From positions 41 to 64,040 of the forward strand of contig DJVK01000006.1 in assembly GCA_002441145.1 (NCBI GenBank): 64,000 bases of DNA, read 5' to 3'. The position numbers and the translations under genes were made by a program. The notes below the pieces were generated by a model that saw only the letters and a list, made by a program, of their open reading frames with translations, was not told the DNA's origin and searched no databases. Positions 34,418 to 44,017 of this stretch are shown piece after piece. Each line of letters opens with the position of its first letter. The first letter of the stretch is position 1. The stretch is from Candidatus Saccharibacteria bacterium UBA6258. Lineage in GTDB: Bacteria > Patescibacteriota > Saccharimonadia > Saccharimonadales > Saccharimonadaceae.

Positions 34418-35572
34418 ATGAGCCCATCGGCTCAGGCATCCACCATCGAACTTAATCAGCCCGAGACACGAGCTCGTGCTCGTCACCTATCAGTATCAGC
34501 CTCTACTATTGCGTCGTACTTCGGCGTATTCTTGCTGATCATGTCTATGGTAGCTATGGGCTACCACCCGCCAGTACGCAGCGGTGCGCTGTCTAATGCT
34601 GCTACAGGATCTGTTGCACCAACAACTGCCGCTTCTACAGAAGCCACCGTGGACCAGCTTATGGCTACTAATATTGCAGCCACTATTGCTGAGAGTACTG
34701 ACCTACCGATCATGAACAACGTCGCGAACCTTTCGCAATCACTTGCAATCGAAAGCACGCTTGCTCAGACCGACACTAACGTCATCAGTAAGCCCCAAAT
34801 CGTTCAACCAACGGCAGATAGCCGTTCTACGCAGAAGTATGTAGCGGTTGCCGGCGACAACGTACAGGGTATTGCTCAAAAGTTTGGCGTGTCTGCCACG
34901 ACTATTAAATGGGCTAATAAACTAACCTCCGATGCCGTCGAAGCTGGAAAAGAGCTCTCTATCCCACCTGTTGATGGTGTTATCTACACTGTTAGAGCGG
35001 GCGATACTATCGATAGTATCGTCTCGAAGTATAAGGCCGACCGAGACCGCTTGGTTGCCTTTAATGACCTCGAACTCAGCCAACCTGTCGCTGGATCACA
35101 AATTATCATCCCTGGCGGTGACCTTCCAAGCGAAGAGCGACCAGGCTATGTAGCACCACGCGTCAACGCCGGTGTTAACTACGGTAGCTATTCGGGCGGC
35201 TATGGCTCGAGCTACAACGGCGGTGCGACAGCCGGTAATCGTTACGCCTGGGGCAACTGTACCTGGTATGTATACGAGCGTCGTTTGCAACTAGGACGTC
35301 CAATCGGCTCACTATGGGGCAACGCAACGACATGGGCCTACAGCGCTGCGGCAGCAGGCTTCCCAGTCGATGGCACTCCTCGTCCAGGAGCTATCATGCA
35401 GAATGGTGGCGGTTACGGACACGTTGCGGTTGTCGAAGCGGTTAACCCTGGTGTTTCTATCACGATTAGCGAAATGAATGGATACCGATTCGGCGGCGGG
35501 TTCGCTCGTGTCGGACACGGCGATATCCCTTGGGGTGAGGCCGTTAGCGGTATGTACCGTTACATCCACTAA
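34418..35572 (+). CDS. peptidoglycan hydrolase: two LysM domains + C-terminal CHAP/NlpC-P60-like domain
   Basis: LysM: YVAVAGDNVQGIAQKFGVS and YTVRAGDTIDSIVSKYKAD. CHAP-like GNCTWYVYERR...GYGHVAVVEAV. The AGGAG lies 28 nt before the ATG, so the start is somewhat uncertain. Confidence 0.88.
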   Translation: MSPSAQASTIELNQPETRARARHLSVSASTIASYFGVFLLIMSMVAMGYHPPVRSGALSNAATGSVAPTTAASTEATVDQLMATNIAATIAESTDLPIMNNVANLSQSLAIESTLAQTDTNVISKPQIVQPTADSRSTQKYVAVAGDNVQGIAQKFGVSATTIKWANKLTSDAVEAGKELSIPPVDGVIYTVRAGDTIDSIVSKYKADRDRLVAFNDLELSQPVAGSQIIIPGGDLPSEERPGYVAPRVNAGVNYGSYSGGYGSSYNGGATAGNRYAWGNCTWYVYERRLQLGRPIGSLWGNATTWAYSAAAAGFPVDGTPRPGAIMQNGGGYGHVAVVEAVNPGVSITISEMNGYRFGGGFARVGHGDIPWGEAVSGMYRYIH

Positions 35573-35594
35573 AATAACATAATTACGAAATCAC

Positions 35595-35626
35595 AAAACG
35601 CCTCTGTCAAATATGAGGCGTTTTTG
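35595..35626 (+). terminator. intrinsic terminator
   Basis: AAAACGCCTC-10 nt-GAGGCGTTTT followed by TTG. Confidence 0.8.
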
Positions 35627-35643
35627 TTATAATGGTCATAGAT

Positions 35644-36933
35644 ATGTTTGTTGATACAGCGAAAGTACAGGTTCAGGCAGGTAAAGGCGGCGATGGTGCC
35701 GTTAGTTTTCGTCATGAAATCTATGTCGATAAGGGCGGTCCGGACGGCGGCGATGGTGGCCGTGGTGGTGACGTTATTTTTGTTGCTACAGAAAGCCTTA
35801 ATACATTGCTCGACTTTCGCTACAAACCTGAACTTAAAGCCCAGCCTGGAGCTGGTGGTAGCAAACGACGCTCAGCGGGTCGTTCTGGCCAAAGCTTGTA
35901 CGTAAAAGTACCTGTCGGTACGATTGTGCGTCGCGACGGCGAAGTTATCGCTGATTTAACAGAAGACGGCCAGCAATTCGTTGTTGCTCAAGGTGGCGAC
36001 GGCGGGTTCGGTAATGCACACTTTAAGTCATCTGTGCGTCAAACTCCACGAATGGCCGAACTTGGGGAGCCAGGTGATGCGTTCGAAGCAGAACTTGAGC
36101 TTAAGCTATTGGCAGACGTAGGCCTTGTTGGATTCCCTAATGCCGGAAAATCGACATTCTTGTCGGTTGTCACGAATGCACGCCCAGAAATCGCCGATTA
36201 TGCATTCACGACCCTAACTCCGAACCTCGGCGTAGCCGACATAGACGACGGCAGTATCCTTATTGCCGACATCCCAGGGCTCATTGAAGGCGCAAGCGAA
36301 GGCAAAGGGCTCGGTGACGCGTTCTTGCGGCATGTCGAGCGTACAGCGGTCTTACTGCACCTTGTTGACGCATACACAGACGATGTAGCTGGAGCCTATT
36401 TAACTATTCGCAATGAACTCCAAAAATATAGCCCAGAGCTTGCGACGCGACCCGAAGTAGTCGCACTGACGAAATGCGAAGGGTTGGACGACGATATCAT
36501 TAAAATGCAGATGGATGAACTACGTACGGTAGTGCAGCCTGATACAGAATTATTCACACTTTCGTCAACCGCACACCAAGGGCTAAAAGAAATTCTTCGT
36601 GCACTGCGCGCCAAGGTACTTGCTGTTCGTGCAGCCGAACCTCAAATCGAAGAAGTCGAAGATGACTCAGATGTCATTACACTTTCTGAAAAAGAACTTT
36701 CTACCCACTGGGAAGTCGAATACCTTAAGGATGAAAATCTTTACCAAGTTAACGGCGAAAAGATTGAAAAATTTGCGCGCCGCACTAACTACGACCAATT
36801 TGAAAGCGTCAATCGATTGCGTGATATTATGCGCAAGCTTGGTATATTCCACGACTTAACGCGCAAGGGTGCGACTGGCGAGAGCGTTATACGCATTGGC
36901 AATTCTCACGAATTCAACTTAACGGAACAATAG
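35644..36933 (+). CDS. obg: GTPase Obg/CgtA
   Basis: MFVDTAKVQVQAGKGGDG start. G1 GFPNAGKST. The track start at 35632 lies inside the TATAAT box. Confidence 0.93.
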   Translation: MFVDTAKVQVQAGKGGDGAVSFRHEIYVDKGGPDGGDGGRGGDVIFVATESLNTLLDFRYKPELKAQPGAGGSKRRSAGRSGQSLYVKVPVGTIVRRDGEVIADLTEDGQQFVVAQGGDGGFGNAHFKSSVRQTPRMAELGEPGDAFEAELELKLLADVGLVGFPNAGKSTFLSVVTNARPEIADYAFTTLTPNLGVADIDDGSILIADIPGLIEGASEGKGLGDAFLRHVERTAVLLHLVDAYTDDVAGAYLTIRNELQKYSPELATRPEVVALTKCEGLDDDIIKMQMDELRTVVQPDTELFTLSSTAHQGLKEILRALRAKVLAVRAAEPQIEEVEDDSDVITLSEKELSTHWEVEYLKDENLYQVNGEKIEKFARRTNYDQFESVNRLRDIMRKLGIFHDLTRKGATGESVIRIGNSHEFNLTEQ

Positions 36934-36996
36934 ACCGTCTCTTCTAAGCCTGCGCGGATAGTTTGCTATAATAGGAACACTTACCGAGGAGGGTAA

Positions 36997-38415
36997 ATGG
37001 CTACGACGTTTTTCTTTTATGACCTAGAAACAAGCGGACTCTCTGCGCGCGATGATCGCATCATGCAGTTTGCAGGGCAGCGCACCGACATGAACTTAAA
37101 TCCAATCGGTGAACCATACAACCTGCTTGTCGCGTTGAATGACGATACGCTGCCGAGCCCCGAGGCCCTCATGGTCACGGGTATTTCACCACAGAAGACT
37201 GTCGACGAGGGTTATACCGAAGCGCAGTTTGCTAAAATTCTTGCCGAAGATGTGTTTACCGAAGGTACCATAGCTGTCGGATTTAATAGTATACGATTTG
37301 ACGATGAATTTGTCCGCCATTTATTTTGGCGTACTTTTTATGACCCGTATGAATGGACATGGCGCGATGGCCGTTCACGCTGGGACTTGCTCGATGTCGT
37401 ACGTATGACTCGCGCTCTACGCCCCGAAGGAATCGAGTGGCCTACCGATGCAAACGGTGATTCGACGAACCGCCTCGAACTACTGACTAAAGCGAACGGC
37501 ATCAGTCACGAGGCTGCCCACGACGCGCTGAGTGACGTGACGGCACTAATCGAGGTGACTCGCCTCATCAAGAACGTGCAACCGCAGTTATACGAGTATT
37601 TATTAAAAATGCGCGATAAAAAAGAGATTCAGAAGATCGTTAACCTTGATGATAAAAGACCGTTTGTTTACACTAGCGGTCGATATGATAAAGAGTACGC
37701 CAAAACCACTGTGGCGTTCCCGCTGACTAGTGGCAAGAATAGTAATGTCGTGGTTTATGACTTGCGATATGATCCAACCGAACTCGTCGGCCTATCGGTA
37801 GAAGAGCTCCAAAAGCGTCTGTTCGCAATTTGGGAAGAACGTCAGAACCCAACATTCGTTAAGGTGCCCGTAAAAGAACTGCAGTATAATCGCGCTCCAG
37901 CAATTGCGCCGCTGGGTGTCCTTGAGCAGGCCGATGGTTGGTCTAAAATATCTCTCGACTTAGCAACTGTCGAAAAGCACAAAAAAATTGTGCTCGAGAA
38001 TCCTCACTTTGCTGAAAATATTCGTAGCCTGTTCGAAAATCGCCCAGAGTTCAAAAAATCAACCGATCCTGAGGCTCAATTGTACGATGGCTTTTTAGCA
38101 GACCGCGATAGGCTGCGCGTCGAAACCGTGCGTAATGCCGATGAGCGACAACTAGCAGATTATAATCCAGAATTTGTTGACGAGCGTCTTTCGCCATTAT
38201 TACTGCATTATAAAGCGCGTAATTACCCGCGCACACTGAGTCAGTCTGAAATTGAAGCATGGGAACAGTGGCGTTCGGCTCGTATTAAAGCCCAGCTACC
38301 CGCGTTTAGCGAATCGCTCGCAAAATTAACAACCCAAGAACTAAGCGAAGGCAAGCGGTTTATTCTGCAAGAACTTCAGCTTTGGGCAGAGTCGATTATC
38401 CCCGCCGAAGACTAA
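36997..38415 (+). CDS. sbcB: exodeoxyribonuclease I
   Basis: FFFYDLETSGL, HDALSDV; 472 aa; GGAGGG SD. Confidence 0.9.
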   Translation: MATTFFFYDLETSGLSARDDRIMQFAGQRTDMNLNPIGEPYNLLVALNDDTLPSPEALMVTGISPQKTVDEGYTEAQFAKILAEDVFTEGTIAVGFNSIRFDDEFVRHLFWRTFYDPYEWTWRDGRSRWDLLDVVRMTRALRPEGIEWPTDANGDSTNRLELLTKANGISHEAAHDALSDVTALIEVTRLIKNVQPQLYEYLLKMRDKKEIQKIVNLDDKRPFVYTSGRYDKEYAKTTVAFPLTSGKNSNVVVYDLRYDPTELVGLSVEELQKRLFAIWEERQNPTFVKVPVKELQYNRAPAIAPLGVLEQADGWSKISLDLATVEKHKKIVLENPHFAENIRSLFENRPEFKKSTDPEAQLYDGFLADRDRLRVETVRNADERQLADYNPEFVDERLSPLLLHYKARNYPRTLSQSEIEAWEQWRSARIKAQLPAFSESLAKLTTQELSEGKRFILQELQLWAESIIPAED

Positions 38416-38663
38416 GAGCTTGTACTGCGTCGGTTCGACGTCATTCGACGTCTGAGCGAGAAGAGGTCTTCGACAAAGTGAGTTACGAGGACTGTGATCG
38501 CGAAACAATACAGTGTCATCATCATCCAAAACGGAACGGTGGCCGATGTGCCCGGTATCGTGCCGGCAACAAGAAAAGCAAGCAACGCACCGCCGATTGA
38601 GCCGTTCGAGTAGATACTTACTGCTAAGAGAAGGATGATACCGGTGATAATTCGCTGTTTCAT
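38412..38663 (-). CDS. small membrane protein (83 aa, 2-3 TM helices)
   Basis: MKQRIITGIILLLAVSIY... from the ATG at 38663. Its stop overlaps the sbcB stop (CTAA). Confidence 0.55.
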   Translation of the reverse strand: MKQRIITGIILLLAVSIYSNGSIGGALLAFLVAGTIPGTSATVPFWMMMTLYCFAITVLVTHFVEDLFSLRRRMTSNRRSTSS

Positions 38664-38810
38664 ATTGGAGTCCAAGACAAATGTTATTAGAGTCAATTTT
38701 AGTCGATATGTCAAAATAATGCAACAATAAGCATTTTAGACGCTACATTTAGCGTATCTGTAATATATGTCACTGGAATTTTTAATGAAAATAGTGTACA
38801 ATATGAAGCC

Positions 38811-41621
38811 ATGTCAGAAGTGATAAAAGTACAAGGCGCCAGAGAACACAACCTCAAAAACGTTGATGTTGAAATACCTCGCGACAAACTTGTTGTCGTT
38901 ACTGGATTATCAGGAAGCGGCAAATCGTCGCTTGTTTTTGACACGATATACGCTGAAGGTCAGCGACGTTATGTCGAAAGCCTGAGTAGCTATGCTCGTC
39001 AGTTCTTAGGTATTATGGATAAGCCTGATGTTGATAGTATCGATGGATTATCACCGGCGATTTCGATCGACCAAAAATCTACCAGCCGCAACCCGCGCTC
39101 TACGGTTGCGACAGTGACAGAAATCTACGACTACATGCGTCTTCTCTATGCACGTATTGGCGTGCCGCACTGTCCTGTATGTGGCAAAGCAGTGCACCGC
39201 CGCACGGCTCAGGCAATCATCGACGAAGTCATGAAGCTACCCGAAGGTTCTAAGATGATGGTCCTTGCACCAATCGTATCGCAGAAAAAGGGAGAGTTTG
39301 CACATATACCTGAACAGTATGCGCGCACAGGATTCGCTCGTGCACGAGTTGATGGTGTCGTGTACGCGCTCGATGAATTCCCTGAACTGCAGAAGTCGTA
39401 TAAACACGACATTGAAATTGTTGTCGACCGTATCGTTATCAAGCCTGATGTCGTTAGCCGCGTAACTCAATCGGTTGAGCAGTCACTCGAAATTGCCAGC
39501 GGTGTTGTCCAACTTCTCGATGCTGATACTAACGAAATCACTACCTACAGTCAGCGATATGCCTGTGTCGATCACCCAAGCGAAGATATCCCCGAACTTG
39601 AACCACGACTATTTAGCTTTAACTCGCCGCAAGGTGCTTGCCCGGTATGTACGGGGCTTGGTTCACGGCTCGAAATTGATCCTGATTTAGTGTTTAACCC
39701 TAATCTTACGATTGCCGAAGGCGCGATACGCCCGTATAACCGTGTCAATAGCGACGCATGGTACATGAAGCGCCTTATCGAGGTTGCTCAGTCTCACGAC
39801 TTCAGTGTCCATGTTCCGGTGCGCGAGCTGCGCGAAGAAGATTTGCATAAAGTACTGTACGGTACTGGTTCACAAAAGTACCGTGTGCGTCTTTCGGGCG
39901 GGCGTTTTTACGACTCAACATACGAAGGCGTGATTCCTAACCTAGAACGGCGCCACAAAGAGACCGATAGCGAATTCATGCGCAAAGACATCGAGCGCTT
40001 TATGCGCGAGCGTACGTGTACCGCCTGTAGTGGCGCGCGCCTCAAGCCGGTCGTTTTGTCGGTAACTGTCCACGGTCTCAGTATCATGGATATTTGTAAT
40101 CTAGGCGTCGACGATGCAATTGACTTGTTCAACAATCTTACATTGACTGATGAGGAACAATTTATCGCTCGTCAGATTTTTAAAGAAATTATGGCGCGAC
40201 TAGGGTTTATGAGCAACGTCGGCCTGAGCTATCTCGAACTATCGCGCGCGGCAAACACCTTGAGCGGTGGTGAAGCACAGCGTATTCGCTTAGCAACACA
40301 GATTGGTTCAGGGCTTCAGGGTGTATTGTACGTACTCGACGAACCTTCTATCGGACTGCACCAACGTGACAACGACCGGTTAATCGGTACGCTCAAGCAC
40401 TTGCGCGACCTCGGTAACTCCGTATTGGTTGTTGAGCACGACGAAGACACAATTAGGCACGCCGACTATCTGCTTGATGTCGGTCCTGGCGCCGGTATAC
40501 ATGGTGGGCAAATCGTTGCAGCCGGTACGCCCGAAGAAGTTGCAAAGAATAAAGACAGTATCACCGGTCGGTATCTTGCCGGTATCGAGAATATTCCGGT
40601 GCCTAAGAAGCGCCGTCCTATCGAAAAGGGCCGTAACTTGATCGTTCGCGGTGCAAAAGAAAATAACCTGAAAGATATCGATGTCGAATTCCCGTTGGGA
40701 CTAATGACGGTCGTCAGTGGTGTCAGTGGTAGTGGTAAATCTACCCTAGTTAACGATATCCTTGCTAAAGAACTTTCAGCACGGCTGCACCGCGCGCAAA
40801 CCGTACCGGGTACGCACGAAAACATCGAAGGTATTGAGCATCTCGATAAGGCGATTATCATCGATCAATCTGCTATCGGCCGTACGCCTCGCTCTAACCC
40901 AGCGACTTACACCGGTGTATTTACGCCGATCCGTGAGCTATTTGCAGGTACTCCCGAAGCAAATATCAGGGGTTATAAAGCCGGCCGATTTAGCTTTAAC
41001 GTCAAGGGTGGTCGGTGCGAAAACTGTCAGGGTGACGGTGTAATCAAGATTGAAATGCACTTTTTGCCAGATGTCTACGTTACCTGTGACGAATGTCACG
41101 GCAAACGCTATAATCGCGAAGCGCTTGAGATCACGTACAAAAACGCGACAATCAGTGATGTTCTTGATATGACCGTCGAGCAAGCAGCAGAGTTCTTTGC
41201 TAACATCCCAGCGATCGCCCGTAAATTAGATACACTTGTCGACGTAGGGCTAGGCTATATTAAGCTTGGCCAGCCAGCCACGACGTTTAGTGGTGGTGAA
41301 GCTCAGCGGATCAAGCTTGCTAGTGAGCTAAGTCGCCGTAGTACAGGTAAGACGTTGTATATATTAGACGAACCTACTACCGGTTTGCACAGTGCCGACG
41401 TCAAAAAGCTACTCGAAATTTTAGATAAGCTCGTCGAAGGTGGTAATACGATGATTGTCATCGAGCATAACCTAGATGTTATCAAATGTGCCGATCACGT
41501 TATTGATATGGGTCCAGAAGGTGGCCAGGGCGGCGGTGATATCGTGGCCACTGGTACTCCCGAAGAAATTACTAAGGTCAAAGCTTCGTTTACGGGCAAA
41601 TACCTTAAAACGATGCTTTAA
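38811..41621 (+). CDS. uvrA: excinuclease ABC subunit A
   Basis: Two ABC modules ([18 protein letters not shown], and LSGGEAQR twice) and zinc-finger cysteines; 936 aa. Confidence 0.97.
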   Translation: MSEVIKVQGAREHNLKNVDVEIPRDKLVVVTGLSGSGKSSLVFDTIYAEGQRRYVESLSSYARQFLGIMDKPDVDSIDGLSPAISIDQKSTSRNPRSTVATVTEIYDYMRLLYARIGVPHCPVCGKAVHRRTAQAIIDEVMKLPEGSKMMVLAPIVSQKKGEFAHIPEQYARTGFARARVDGVVYALDEFPELQKSYKHDIEIVVDRIVIKPDVVSRVTQSVEQSLEIASGVVQLLDADTNEITTYSQRYACVDHPSEDIPELEPRLFSFNSPQGACPVCTGLGSRLEIDPDLVFNPNLTIAEGAIRPYNRVNSDAWYMKRLIEVAQSHDFSVHVPVRELREEDLHKVLYGTGSQKYRVRLSGGRFYDSTYEGVIPNLERRHKETDSEFMRKDIERFMRERTCTACSGARLKPVVLSVTVHGLSIMDICNLGVDDAIDLFNNLTLTDEEQFIARQIFKEIMARLGFMSNVGLSYLELSRAANTLSGGEAQRIRLATQIGSGLQGVLYVLDEPSIGLHQRDNDRLIGTLKHLRDLGNSVLVVEHDEDTIRHADYLLDVGPGAGIHGGQIVAAGTPEEVAKNKDSITGRYLAGIENIPVPKKRRPIEKGRNLIVRGAKENNLKDIDVEFPLGLMTVVSGVSGSGKSTLVNDILAKELSARLHRAQTVPGTHENIEGIEHLDKAIIIDQSAIGRTPRSNPATYTGVFTPIRELFAGTPEANIRGYKAGRFSFNVKGGRCENCQGDGVIKIEMHFLPDVYVTCDECHGKRYNREALEITYKNATISDVLDMTVEQAAEFFANIPAIARKLDTLVDVGLGYIKLGQPATTFSGGEAQRIKLASELSRRSTGKTLYILDEPTTGLHSADVKKLLEILDKLVEGGNTMIVIEHNLDVIKCADHVIDMGPEGGQGGGDIVATGTPEEITKVKASFTGKYLKTML

Positions 41622-41635
41622 AAGCTAGTATGCAA

Positions 41636-41667
41636 CTAAAAACGACCCGTTTCTGGGTCGTTTTTAG
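41636..41667. terminator. bidirectional intrinsic terminator (uvrA / dedA)
   Basis: AAAAACGACCC-GTTTCT-GGGTCGTTTTT. Confidence 0.85.
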
Positions 41668-41690
41668 TTGTGCGTATAAGGGGTAATTGT

Positions 41691-42344
41691 TTACTTTTTA
41701 CGCCCGAATACGATTGCGATTTCGCGTTTTGTGCCCTCGATTAGTTCAAGGCGGCGATTCTTATCTTTGAGAGCGTGGTAAAACATCGGTGATACAGACA
41801 AAAAGATGATGATAAGCGCGGCAACTTCGACATTAACCCCTAAGGCGTGTAGCCATTTGCCAGCAAAGTAACCGATATAAGTGAACGAAGCGACCCAAAG
41901 TGCCGACCCGATTAGGTTATAAGCAATAAACTGACCGTAGTGCATCTTGCTAATGCCGGCTACGATAGGGGCGAATGTGCGTATAAAGGGGACAAATCGC
42001 GCAATAACGATCGTTTTGGCACCGTGTTTTTCGTAAAACTGCTCTGCGCGGACGAGGTTTTCTTTGCGGAAGAATCGTGAATTCTCACGTTCAAACAATT
42101 TTCGGCCCGCTTTTTGGCCAAAGGCATACCCCGTGCTGTCACCTAAGGCAGCGGCAATAAACAGTAAAAAGACAAACAGGTGAATGTTTATTCCGAATAT
42201 ACCCTGTTGAGTCAAAAACCCAGCGGTGAATAAAAGACTATCGCCAGGCAGGAAAAACCCGATTAAAAGGCCTGATTCGGCATAAATAACGGCCAAAACG
42301 GCCCAAAACCCATGTTCAGTGATAAGTGTAATAAGTGCTTCCAT
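41691..42344 (-). CDS. DedA-family membrane protein
   Basis: LPGDSLLFTAGFL, and a multi-TM profile; 217 aa. Confidence 0.88.
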   Translation of the reverse strand: MEALITLITEHGFWAVLAVIYAESGLLIGFFLPGDSLLFTAGFLTQQGIFGINIHLFVFLLFIAAALGDSTGYAFGQKAGRKLFERENSRFFRKENLVRAEQFYEKHGAKTIVIARFVPFIRTFAPIVAGISKMHYGQFIAYNLIGSALWVASFTYIGYFAGKWLHALGVNVEVAALIIIFLSVSPMFYHALKDKNRRLELIEGTKREIAIVFGRKK

Positions 42345-42404
42345 TGACCTCTATTGTAGCACAGCCCCTAAGGGGCATAAAGCTAGTGATTATATACAAT
42401 ACTA

Positions 42405-42433
42405 TTGACAAAAGCGCTAATGTATAGTACAAT
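42405..42433 (+). promoter_or_regulatory. sigma70-type promoter plus 5'-UTR hairpin of the LPXTG gene
   Basis: TTGACA-17 nt-TACAAT. An 8-bp hairpin CAGTTACA...TGTAACTG (42440-42467) abuts the GGGAG SD. Confidence 0.6.
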
Positions 42434-42478
42434 GTAGCACAGTTACAAAATTAGTGTTGTGTAACTGGGAGAAAATTT

Positions 42479-43033
42479 ATGTTAAAGAATGTTATTATTG
42501 CGAGTTTACTCGTTGCATCAGTCGCTGTTAGCGGCCTTGCAATGCCCCAAGTAGCATCTGCTACTAAAAGCGAAAAAGTGACTATTTGTCACGCGACAAG
42601 TTCACACAAGAACCCTTACGTTAAGATTACGGTTAATACGTCGTCAATTAACGAAAAGAACAATAAAGAATATAATGGCCACGGCGACCACACTGGTGGC
42701 GTATGGCGCAGCGGTATCGCTGATCACTCATGGGGTGACATTATCCCTGCGTTCACAAGTCCTAAGGGAATGGAATTTCCTGGACAGAACATGGATGCAG
42801 CTGGGACAGTTATCTTAGGCAACGATTGTAAAATTCCTACTGTTAAGGCTAATGGTCCTGTAACGAGTACGGTTGATCCAGTCGAAGTCGGCAAGGGTGA
42901 GACAAAAAACCCAGTTGACGAAATGCCACTTGAACTTCCACAAACCGGTCTTGGCCTTGGCCTAATCGGTGGCGGCGCATTCGCTAGCAGCCTTTCATAC
43001 GCAACTGCATACTTCTTGCAAAAGCGTAAGTAA
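42479..43033 (+). CDS. LPXTG-anchored surface protein
   Basis: Signal peptide ending ASA/TK. LPQTG + hydrophobic stretch + KRK. Conserved-looking core VTICHATSSHKNPYVKITV...GHGDH. Confidence 0.85.
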   Translation: MLKNVIIASLLVASVAVSGLAMPQVASATKSEKVTICHATSSHKNPYVKITVNTSSINEKNNKEYNGHGDHTGGVWRSGIADHSWGDIIPAFTSPKGMEFPGQNMDAAGTVILGNDCKIPTVKANGPVTSTVDPVEVGKGETKNPVDEMPLELPQTGLGLGLIGGGAFASSLSYATAYFLQKRK

Positions 43034-43052
43034 CCCTTACTGGTTACATATC

Positions 43053-43084
43053 AAAAACCCGCACCAGTATAGTGCGGGTTTTTG
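43053..43084 (+). terminator. intrinsic terminator
   Basis: AAAAACCCGCAC-7 nt-GTGCGGGTTTTT. Confidence 0.85.
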
Positions 43085-43187
43085 ATTATTGTGACATATA
43101 TCACTATTTTCTATTTATGGTTAACGTACAATAAGGAGACAATATAATTTACCTCCGAACAGGTATCCACTATAGAAAGGGAGAGAC

Positions 43188-43910
43188 ATGGGAGATAAAG
43201 TAACACTCAAGATTGATGCACGTGAGGTGCACGGTAAAAAAGTAGCACAATTACGTCACCAAGGCTTAACACCGGGCGTCGTATATGGTGCAGGTATGGA
43301 ACCACTGTCAGTTCAGGCAGATACTGGTGAGGTTTTGCGCGCAGTCGCAGCTGCCGGTAAGCATACTCCAGTGCACCTAACCGGCACTAAGCGTCGCATC
43401 GCAATGATTAAGGACGTTGATTATGACCCAACCCGCCATGGTCGTATTCGTCACGTATCATTTCACGCCGTAAAGGCAGACGAGCCAGTTATTGCAGTAG
43501 TCCCAATCCACTTGGTTGGTGAAGGTGAATCACCTGCAGAAAAAGCAGGGCTAGTCGTTTTACAGGCGCTCGATAAAATCGAAGTCAAGGCTTTGCCGAT
43601 GGACTTACCAGAATCCCTCGAAGTTTCAATCGTGGAACTTGCCGAAGCTGGTGATCGAGTAACTGTAGGCGACATTACTATGCCTTCAGGTGTCGAACTA
43701 GTCGATCACGACGATGGTCGTAGCGATGATGAAGACGAAGAATCGGAAAAACAGTCAGTTACCGACCTTGTTGTTGCTAACGTCTACGAACCAGGTGCGC
43801 TGCAAGCCGCAAACGAAGCAGCTGCGGGTGACGCTACCGATGACAATGCGGACCAAGTAGAGTCTGATAACGGTGAAGCTGAAGTCCTCGAATCCGAAGA
43901 AAAACAGTAG
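43188..43910 (+). CDS. rplY: 50S ribosomal protein L25/Ctc with an acidic C-terminal tail
   Basis: REVHGKKVAQLRHQGLTPGVVYG...VHLVGE; GGGAGAG SD. Confidence 0.9.
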   Translation: MGDKVTLKIDAREVHGKKVAQLRHQGLTPGVVYGAGMEPLSVQADTGEVLRAVAAAGKHTPVHLTGTKRRIAMIKDVDYDPTRHGRIRHVSFHAVKADEPVIAVVPIHLVGEGESPAEKAGLVVLQALDKIEVKALPMDLPESLEVSIVELAEAGDRVTVGDITMPSGVELVDHDDGRSDDEDEESEKQSVTDLVVANVYEPGALQAANEAAAGDATDDNADQVESDNGEAEVLESEEKQ

Positions 43911-43923
43911 CATTGTTTATAAC

Positions 43924-43965
43924 ACAACCAAAACCGGTTACATTTTAGTGACCGGTTTTGGTTGT
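43924..43965 (+). terminator. long hairpin terminator after rplY
   Basis: 15-bp stem ACAACCAAAACCGGT...ACCGGTTTTGGTTGT. Confidence 0.7.
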
Positions 43966-44017
43966 TGGTGCTATACTGACAGCAGATTACAAAATCTTGG
44001 GGGAAACGAGATAACAC